Made by a program: the position numbers and the translations under genes. Of a stretch of DNA of 64,000 nt, positions 49,499 through 59,126 are shown piece after piece. The notes under the pieces are model-generated. The model did no database searches and was not told where the DNA came from. It saw nothing but the letters and a program-made list of their open reading frames with translations. The DNA comes from Amoebophrya sp. A120 (Eukaryota > Protista > Dinoflagellata): assembly GCA_905178155.1 (NCBI GenBank), contig CAJINV010000004.1:2673513-2737512 (forward strand). The letters are read 5' to 3'. Each line of letters starts with the position of its first letter. The stretch's first letter is position 1.

Positions 49499-50891
49499 TT
49501 TGGTGTAGTTGTATCCCTGGTTATATTAAGCCGGAGCCTCAATAGTAAATTAATATCCGGCTCTTTTAGCGACGGAGGAAGTTTTTCGCGGGCGGCTCGA
49601 GTCGTCAACAGAGTTGTGCTTGTATTTGTTGTGAAAAATAAAACGGGAAATAGTAGTACCAGGAGCACTGGGTTTAGGTCATGCAACGCAGACATACGAG
49701 ACTGAAATATCACAGTCGTGTCGCGTCGGCATACAGTGGCTTGTCTTCACAATGTAGATAGAAGAGATATTAAAAGTGAAACAACAGTAAATAAGAGCAA
49801 AAGCGCACCTGCAGCTCAAGATCACTTAGTAGCACAGTTCCAAAATTTAAGCAAAAGGTTCAAAATGAAGCAAAATCAAAATGGCAAAATCGGCAAGAAG
49901 CCTGGATAGGTCGAAATAGTGTGCTGCAGTTCTAGTTAGTACGAATTCTTGTACAAAGAGGAAGCTATTTTGGAAAATTTTCACACTGACTTCAAGATAT
50001 TTTCTCGGTGCACAAAAACTTAGTAGTTGTACTATGCAAGAAGCACTATTTTGTTACATTACTACTGTACCGGGAGTGCAACTTCATAGCATGATAACAT
50101 CAGAAGTCATTTTCCCGTTACTGTTTGTCGTGGGTTGCAAAAAACATCGGCTACACAAAATATGACTACACGCGGGAGGTGGTCCTGAAATTGATCGATT
50201 TTGAAAAGCAAGGTGGATGTACATAGTACCATTGCACGAATGCGATTGAAAAATGGCGCTTTGCTGTTTTGCACGACTCACTCACGTAGTTCACGATAAT
50301 TGCGAGAATCGACTTTCTTGCGATTGGACCGAAAAAAAAGGCACGATGGCTGGCGCAATGGCATGCTTTGTAGTGGGTTCTTGCGGCAAAAAGTTTTGGG
50401 AAGGAAAGAGCCGAGGTTCTTTGCTGTTTACTTGCGACGAGGACCGAGAAATTCGAACGAAAAATAGGAGTAATGCTCATCAATCTGTTTCTGTATCTGA
50501 AAGGCAGTTTAAGTGCTCTACTCTTGAGCTCGACTTTGTGCACGAAAACGAACGATAGAGTCGAGTTTTTGCGAGTTCAAACGGTTTTTCACACGAGAAA
50601 GAAGAACCATCTTGCGTAGTAAGTATACGAGCTGATCATTTTTCAAGGGCTGCTCTTACGAATGGCTGATGGCTTGTTGACATGACAGGAACGCATCTCA
50701 GCTATGATGCCATCGAAAAATCAACATCGAAATCAAGTACGAACAGGTAAGCGCGCAGTTGCAACTTTCCGTACTGTAGTAGGAAAAGGCAGCAGATGAG
50801 ATGAAGTATGCAGCTTTATTCTGTAGTTGTAGGATGTTTTCTTTCTCAAAGCAAGCGCCACACAGCCAAAACACCGAAGTGAAATATAATG

Positions 50892-53800
50892 TCAGGTAAC
50901 CACCTTGCTATTTTCCCTGTCCCATCCCTGTTCGTTAATGCCGATGTGTCGATTTGGGTCGTTGGCCGCGATTTGGTTTGCCTCCGAGCAGTGAAGCAGA
51001 TTGACCAAGGAATGGATGTATCCTGTGTAAACAAATCAACAACAGCATCGTGGTCTTCTACCCGTGTAAGTAGTACATTTTTACATCAACCCGATGAGCT
51101 TCCATCCAAGCGTTGAAGTTTCAAGATTTTATTTTAGATTCGTCATGCAAATGCATAGACAGATCACAGCATGGTGCACAGGGAAGAACTCGTGGCTATG
51201 CAAGCGGCGGTAATAGTGAAAGCGTTGTTCTTGATGGTTGCACAGGATATGTCGTTCAGCGCGTCGTGAAACTCGTCCGCAGTGAGGAAGGTCAGGTCCT
51301 GCTCCAGGTCTAGGAGTATGCAATGGATGAAACGTATTTGTTCGCACTGGTTGTATGAATCGCTATCGCATGAGCATGACAAACTCTTGCAAGAATTAAA
51401 TAAGTCCGTGGATTTGCATGTGCTATTCCACGCCGGCGAAGACAACACTTGACGTCATGCATGACTGCATCAATTCTTTGTACGAGCGCGACACATTTTC
51501 TTTTCCAGGAGGGATACGGAGCTGCGTGAAGCTGTTGCCCTGGACATCCCGGCCACCGCGTACCAACCGACTGCTCTCTCCCACCGCCATCTTTTTCGTG
51601 AACACATTCCGCCGGTTCTGGTTCGGCTTCTGCTTGTTCAGCTGCATCTTGTTTTTCTCCTTGTCAAGATTATACTGCGCCACCGCGATATGGATGTGTC
51701 AGAATCGAAATTAACCAAATCGGAAAACTTGTGATGCACAAAATCGATGCCAGTTAGAGCCTCAGTTTTCAAGTGGCGCATGAGAAATTTCGGGAGCACC
51801 AAGATCCAGTCTGTCATGCTGTTTGGACGAAGAAGACTGCTGCTGTCATGCTACTCTGGCAGCACATCGTCTTCCCCTAAACAGGCCTGCTATCGGTCTC
51901 ATTTGCCTGCTCCCCAACACAGGCCTTGCGTGCCCATCATTTTACGCATTGCAAATTTTTCGACTTTGTCGATTTCGATCCTGACGCTTCCATACGCGAA
52001 GGGGTCAAATTTGAGCGCCCGGTCGAAGTAGTAGGTTTCGTTCAGCATTTGCTCGTACACTTGCTGCTTGCGGACGAGCTCGGATGAATTTTGCTGCTCT
52101 ACATCAACATCATGATCATCTTCTGCGGATGGCAATGGCAATGCTGGATCGCGGCTCGGCGATCCACCAGCGTCGCTCTCTTCCACAGCAACGCTCCCAA
52201 AGGACGACGCGAGTGGCAGGCGCCCAATGAATTCCGACCCCAGTTGCTGGGGTTGGCTGAAGGCAACTTTTTTAGACGTAGTTGACGAGGAGCTGGTCTT
52301 TGTACTTCTATGGGATAGTACAACCGGTGTAGTTGTAGTTCTACTACTTGAAGGCGCGCCGCGATGAGGACCTGGCGGTCCTCGTGAAGACGCGTCGTCC
52401 TCCGAAACAACAACAGGTGGCGCTACAAAGGATTCACCGGCAGCACCGGCCGCGACCTCGTCCCGCTCCTGGTCAAACATGAAACTGTGCATCAAATTCT
52501 GTTTCTGCGACCGGCTCATGTGCAAGGAGAGTTCGTCGAGGTAGGTTCTTCTGGGTAAAAAACGGGTCTTCGTCAGCTCGCGCAGCGGGCGGGGCAGAAG
52601 CTCCGTTTCGACGGAGAAGTCTGTGGTCAAAGCGAGCGCGAAGGATAGCGCACCAGTGAGAAATTTTTGCGCGTCCGAGTGCAGAAAACTTTCAAAAATC
52701 AAACTCGCCCGCTTTGTGAATAGCGAGTCCACGGGCCAAGGCTGGGTGCCGTATGAACTGCAAAAGTATCGCACTCGTATAAATGCATGACTCAGCATGA
52801 GAAACAGAATTTGTCATGCGGATCTACGTTAAGAAAAAGATTTGTAATGCATGACTGCAATGAGAATTACTTTTACTGCGAGTAAGGTACTTTTGCACAG
52901 GATATGCCGCCCGTTTCGACGATAACGTGGTGGAGAAATTCGGAGAGTGCCTTTTTATCTAGTCGGAAAATCAGGTCAGGAAGGGACCGGATAATTTTTA
53001 TTTTTTTGTCGACAATAGCACTACTTTGGCTTTCGTCTGGCTCAGGTTTATGATTTTCTACTGAAGATGCTGCAGCGCCCGGCGCGGCCGCGCTCTTGGT
53101 CAACACCGCGGCTCCATCCGTTGTGGCGAACCGTCGCAGAAGCTGGGAAAAGGTTTCAAACTTGAGCACTTGTTCAACTTCGACAGCAACATCTATTTCC
53201 TCGGGTACTGTTGTAGAAGTCCCTGCGCCGGCAACATCAAGTAGATCAGAGCGGCTCTCTCGCCGGAGCCAGGCCACCTCCGCCTCTGAAACTGGCGCGA
53301 ACAGTGCGTCGAGTGCGACCAGCAGTCTCGGCTTTCCCGAGCGCTGCATTTGGTGAAGCTGAAATTGGTACTTGTCGGGCAATATCCTGTGCAAAAGTAT
53401 CGTATTCGTATAAATGCAAGTCTTGCATTACAAATCTTTGTCTTAAGGCAAATCCGCATGACAAATTTTTTTTCTCATGCTAATGCATTTCTTTATACGA
53501 GTACGATACTTTTGCAGTCCATAGGCAAACAGCTCTTTTCCGACAAGAGCCACTCATGGTATCGCTCCACCGTCGTGGCGCTTTATGCAGGGCAACAGTG
53601 AAAAACAGTGTCCTCGCACGACGACGTAAAAAGAATTGCATTTACAAATTGAGTCGTTCTCGTCTGCTTTCGAGAGGCATTAGAAAGAACACTAATGGAA
53701 CCTGTAATGCCGATTTTGCTTGGCAATGGGAACAAGAAAGCTTGTGGCCGTCAACATGCATAATTTCAAATTGCAACTAGAGTCCGAGGACGCACTATAG

Positions 53801-55935
53801 ACTTTTACACCAGAACACGTGCGTACATTTCTGCTCGAGAAGTACCGCACTCCCGTGGCGGCGCAGAGAGCCACGACCTCCTTTCGCCAGTTCACAAACA
53901 TCTCCGCCATGTACTTCCGTTATCGTAAGGAGAAACTCCCCCTGCCCATACTGAAAAGAGACACTTCTGAATATTTGCGATGCTGATTTGCAGACGCGAA
54001 TCGTCTCTGTATTGCAAGAAAGCAAGGCCAGAGACCCCGCCGCGCTTTGTGGGCGCAATTTGTAATGCTGTAGGGCGTGCAGAGGATAAGCCTCCCTCGC
54101 TAGGCGCCTACACCAAAAAGGCCCAGCTCAGGCTTTGTATCTGCGCGCGGTGAGACCTCTACGACTACTGCAAGACAAAGCTGATTTGTGTACACAAATC
54201 TTGCATCACAGATTTACGATTTGATACGGGGAGGGAGGATTTTTCATTTTGATATCCGCTGCATTTTCACGAGGGAGAAATTCCAGAACTCCTGCGGAAG
54301 GAGATCCTCTTCAGCGTGGTTTCCCTTTCTTTCGGGAGAAGAAAAAGGGACTTGCTCATTTGCTTGGTCCTCTGCAGGACGATCGAGATGACGATCTTCT
54401 GCAGTTCCAATTATCTCGCTGGTACTACCACTTTCCAATTCACCGAGTAGCCGAACGTTTTTCCGCAGCTGCGTGGACTTTCGCTTTTCCCCCTTGGTCA
54501 GCAGGTGATCGTTGTCGCGCGCCATGTAGAGCATGCCCTGCGAGACTATCCAGAAAAAAACACCCATCCCCATCCATATTTAGCATGACAAACACTGCAC
54601 TTTATCCAGGTTTTGCATGACAAATTGGATGGGGATGGGTGTTTTTTCCTGGATAGAGACCGCCCAGACCAAATGCAGGGAGATCGCGCGGAACCACATG
54701 TGGCCCACGGGAAAGACAATTTTGTGGTCATACTGCGACTTGCGCAGCTGCGTCACCTGCACCGTCTGCTCCATCACGGAATTCCCCGGGTCAATCACCC
54801 GACCCTCCACCGCCTCGCGCCAATGGTCGTAGGGCACCTCGCCCCACTTGTGCTGCCAAAAATGGTCCGCAGAATCCATATCCGAGGCTTGCTTCGGGGT
54901 CAGGGAAGCGGAGGATGGTGGTGGTGCGGATAACAACGTTTTTACATCTCGGCTTCCGGAATATGGAGCATGAACATGATCCGAAAGATGAACAGTAGTA
55001 CCTGCAGGAGGACCAACATGACCATCATTGGGTGGAAATTCCGGTACTGCCTCAACGTGATTTGATGTTATCGCGGATGAAGCAGGTCTTGTAGTCACCG
55101 TCGTTGTGTAGTACGGCCTCCGTCGCACTCCCTTCGCGTGTTCCAACAACTCCAGCTTCCGCGGGCGCCACTCCGTGCGCGCAATCCTGGACATTTCGCC
55201 TCCGCACGCCCAGAAGAAGAGTTTATCAAAGCCGCCCTTCACGTGGCCAATGTTTTTCAATGTCTCCTCCGCGAAACAGGCGAAGGCGGCGTTGGCGAAA
55301 ACGGTGAACTGCATCTCAAACGTGCGGGAATTCCACCCGGGAATCGCGTAGTGGGCCAGGGAATCGAGCCAGTAGTCCCGCGGGAGCCGGGAGCTCGCCG
55401 CGCACAAGGAGTGTGGCTGGAGTACGGCCAGCTCATTCTCCCAAATCACCGGAAACACAAAGTCCGGATCAAAGCGCGCCACATGCACGTCGTCGAGCAG
55501 AACCAAAACATAGTCATAGTAGGTTTTGTTTTCATAATTTTCGCTTTTTCTGTTCGTGGTTCCGGTTCCTACCCCCTTGATAAACTGCTCATACGCGTTC
55601 CACAGAGCGTTCTGGTAGTGTGCTTGTTCGTTTCGCACCACGGCGCAGCGATGCACGCCGGTACCGTTGTGCGGAGGGGCTGGGGGTGAGTGCGTGGCGC
55701 GCGAGGTGGTAGCAAGGCCGCTGTCGTGGAGCTCTTGTGTATGTGTATGAACGATCCGCTCCAGGTCGTATTCTTCCCTTTTTCGCCAAGTGAAAATGGC
55801 ACAGTCCACGTCCCGCGCCGAAAAATATTGGCTCCGGGAGAAGCTGTTTTGCAGCGTCTCGATGCTCTTTTTCAAATACGGCCATCGCTCCCGGTCGCCG
55901 TGGCCGGGGACCAGAATTAGAAAGCGAAACTGCAT
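50892..55935 (-). CDS. Large protein with an N-terminal DUF707/glycosyltransferase-like domain, about 9 exons
   Basis: YYDYVLVLLDDVHV..FDPDFVF..LAVLQP..FEMQFTVF.NAAFAC recalls DUF707; frame restored across 7 introners; one intron at ~53584-53800 is unresolved. Confidence 0.6.
51019..51249. mobile_element. Aged introner
   Basis: TATCCTGTG(T/C)AA TIR; TSD degenerate; frame restored. Confidence 0.75.
51317..51516. mobile_element. Aged introner
   Basis: TSD AGGAG/CGGAG; frame TQLR|DLEQ. Confidence 0.8.
51689..51994. mobile_element. Introner, family D
   Basis: TSD CGCGA. Confidence 0.92.
52752..52904. mobile_element. Introner, family A
   Basis: TSD TGCCG. Confidence 0.92.
53383..53523. mobile_element. 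Introner, family A
   Basis: TSD GGCAA. Confidence 0.92.
53921..54254. mobile_element. Introner, family I
   Basis: TSD TCCGT/TCCGC. Confidence 0.88.
54547..54655. mobile_element. Introner, family H (109 bp)
   Basis: Near-perfect TIR TATCCAG.AAAAAACACCCATCCCCATCCA; TSD GAGAC. Confidence 0.93.
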
Positions 55936-56480
55936 CTATGTCCCCGTCGTTCCAGCGGGAACTCGAACTCTGGAACGACAATGCTGAAAACGACGAGGAC
56001 GAACGCGGAGCACTAGTACAGGACGCGACCAACATTTCGATTTTTCATTGCCGGTATTATGTACGGATTAGACGGCTAGCTACCTGGCAACGCAGCTATG
56101 ATGTAGTCAAAACTCGTTGCTAAGTAGAAGTCGAAGATTTTCTACTTCTACTGCAAGTAACAATACAAGTGATGCCACGCCCGGGCATGTAAAGAAAACA
56201 TAAACAAGGAATACGACCGGTAGAAATTCAATATGATCTATCAATCACGATCTCCTCGCCAATACGACTCATCTTGAGGAGGAGGAGGATCCTTGTCCTT
56301 CGCACCTGTTTAAGCTATGCTTATTGCTACCAAGTGGAACATGATTTCGCAGATCACCCGGAGGAAACGAGCAGGGAGGCACCGCTCTCAGGAGAAACAC
56401 CTAATCGGCCAGCATTATCTCCCGTTCCTTGTACCAATCGCGCCATAATGCAACTACATCTCTTTGAGTCGCGGGCACTG

Positions 56481-57784
56481 TCAGTCAGGCTGCCGGCCCC
56501 GGGCAAGCTACCCGGTTTGAAATTGGCGTAAAAAGGCATTAATGTAAAAGCAGAAAGGCGGGCCGGGAAATACGAAAAAGCGGCAGCGGGAAACCCCAGA
56601 GGGAAGAGACGGCACACGGCCCCAACAACCAGGGGGCGAACACAGGAAGTGGCCGCGGCCGCGCGAGGACAACCCCCCCTCGCGCGAGGAATCCCCGGGG
56701 GCCCCCCCCCCCGGTCCCATCGCGGCCCTGCCTTCTGCGCCAGATCGCGAAACGGAACCGGGCGGGGCCCGGAGCGGAATGGCTGGGGCCAGGATGCCCC
56801 AATGGCCCGGGCAAACATCGACAACACTGGGGCCGACACTGGCACAGCGCCGCCCCGGAATCAGAAGAAAACTCCGCCAAGGATCAAGGGGAGACAACGC
56901 AAGACCCCCGCGGGCTGCGCCGAAAAACCCTAGATCGCAAAAACGGCGCCCAAAACCAAAAGCCCCGGGCCCCCCGGATGCCGCCAAAACCATCCCCAAA
57001 AAGTGACAGCTTTTTCTGTTTTCTCCAGCTTGGGTTTCCGGCGTGGTTAGTGCTTTAATTCATGTTTAGTTTTTGTTTAATTGGTGGTTTAATTTTGAAT
57101 TAAAATTTGCATCCATTAATTTGCTTCCAAGGCGTTTCCTTAGGGAAAACGCCTATGAAGCAAATTATTGCAATTTTAATGCACAAATTATCGCACCGAT
57201 TAATGCACTCATCATTCCGCGACCATCCTCCACGGATGGTCACGGATTAATCCGGACAAGACGGGACCCCGGCTGACGACACAAACTGGAGTCCGGGCGA
57301 AAACTCGCGCAACGAAGAGTCGGGGCCCTACAAATGGCCGACAGGCAAAAGAACCCCGAGAAGGTTGCGCGCCCCCACCAGACCAAAGGAAGAGAGCAAC
57401 CACCCCAAGCGCCGCCCAACAGGACAACCTGGGGGCAGAACAGCGCGAAAAGGAGCAAGGCGGCCCGGGAGAGAGTTGGGCCACCAAAGTTGCGCGTCCT
57501 TCTATTGGGCAACACGCGAAGCGGCATCCATGTTGGGAAAATAGAGAAACATGGACGAAGGACTCGGCGGATGGGGGAGCAAAAACACGAGCACCGAACG
57601 CACAACCCCCCCCTGGGAAACGGAGGTCGGGGCGCCTTTTCAAGTTACCGAAAACAAAAGTCCCCGGGCAGGCGAAGAGAAGGGGCCTACGCCAAAAAGC
57701 CCGCGCGCTTTGACATTAGTGCTCTTTTACGCCGATTTTAATGGCCGAAATTTGCCAGGGCCTGGCTGCCTGAGCACTGAGATA
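56481..57784. mobile_element. 1.3-kb non-autonomous TIR element with 5-bp TSD
   Basis: ~70-bp imperfect TIR (TCAGGC.GCC.GGCCC..GGCAA...AAAT.GGCGTAAAA..GCA.TAATGT.AAAGC); CACTG at 56476-56480 and 57785-57789; GC-rich with an AT-rich core at ~57050-57210. Confidence 0.8.
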
Positions 57785-59126
57785 CACTGTTGGTGTTGCA
57801 GCTTCGTCAGTCTCTTCGAGCCGCGGCCGGGTGCGCTCCATCTGCTCACAAGCTTACCCTCTGTGGTGCGGGTGTCTACTCTGGGACGGTCCGGGGCTTG
57901 GGCGAGTTTAGGGTCATATCGGGCACCATATATGTTAGGTGCTTGTCCCTTAACTCTGTAGACACTTCGCTGCCTCCGCCCGGGAGCAGCTTGCGGCAGA
58001 GCTCACCTCCCGTTTTTTGTCACGATCAGGCGCTTCAAGGTGCTAGCTCTCGTGGTCCGCTAGCACCTTCCCTCGGATGGATCTGGCCGGACCTTCGTCT
58101 TGTTCTACAAGGTCCACATCTACTGTTTTTTTTAAGATGCGGACCTTACCTTCACACGCGGGCTATCTGAGATTCTTCCACAAAGGCAGCACTCTGGAGC
58201 TCGGAGGAATCAGAATATTTATGAGTCTGTACCTTGAATCGAGAAACGATGTTGATAAATCTGCAATCCCTATTTGAGAAATAATCAATATCAGGATCTA
58301 TCGACATCTCAGCAGCTCGGTGTCCGGATAAATATCTAGCCGCTTCGTCTCGCTCTGGTGCGGTTGGTTTTCTTGTTCTAGAATTTGGCGTGGCCTGTTG
58401 TTTTCGTTTTTGCGCTGCCGTCTGCAGAAGAAGGTGCAGACCGGATGAGGAAGAGAAGAAGAAACCGATCGCGAACATCTCCCGCGCCCCTCTCTCAGAA
58501 GTTGTTCTTGTTGCATTTTTCAGCTCTTAGTTTTGTAGTTGCTCACGGCCTCTCACAAAGATTTTGCTTGCGTTCTACTTCGTGCTACTTCCTCCGACGC
58601 GTTCGGATCTTTAATATTTTTCACTCGAGGGAGGCTCCTGAAATGTGTTGATTTATTTTGAGACCGCCAGTACGACTCGTCTTGAGCATGTTCTTCTTGA
58701 TCTATCGTAACAACTGCGAAAAGCGAACAGGCGAACAGGAGCAGGAAACAGCAACAGGTGCGAGGATAGTTGTTACATTAACATTTTCTCTTTATATCAT
58801 TTCGTTTTTCATCATCATCTCTTCGTCTTCCGTTAGATGCTCGTCTTCTTGAAACCGAAACAGAAACTAGGCACAAAATGAAACGGAGACCAGCACTTGG
58901 TATCACATTCGGATTCGACAAGATAATTGGGAGGGAATATTAAGAACTGCCAGCTTTGCATAAAAGAATCGAGCCACCCAGAAGCATCGTCCAGTTTTTG
59001 AAACAGATGAATATCCATTCGATTCTGTCGTGCCGTTCAAAATACACCGCAAAAGTAACAGCTGCAAAAACAAGTAAGCAGTAACAAAATCAGCTTCACA
59101 AAAAAAACTTCCATGGTGCGTTGTTG

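Noticed and set aside
26638-53523. Recurrent peptides in the ORF track (YPVQKYRTR, IRVRYFC, LPDPDIF, YGSVRIEIDKVE) as a repeated protein domain
   Set aside because: They are translations of introner TIRs and disappear from the spliced proteins.
53584-53799. Introner with TSD CGCTT/GACTT
   Set aside because: An intron must exist here, but the TIR is unconvincing and removing the element plus 5 nt does not restore the frame; boundaries unresolved.
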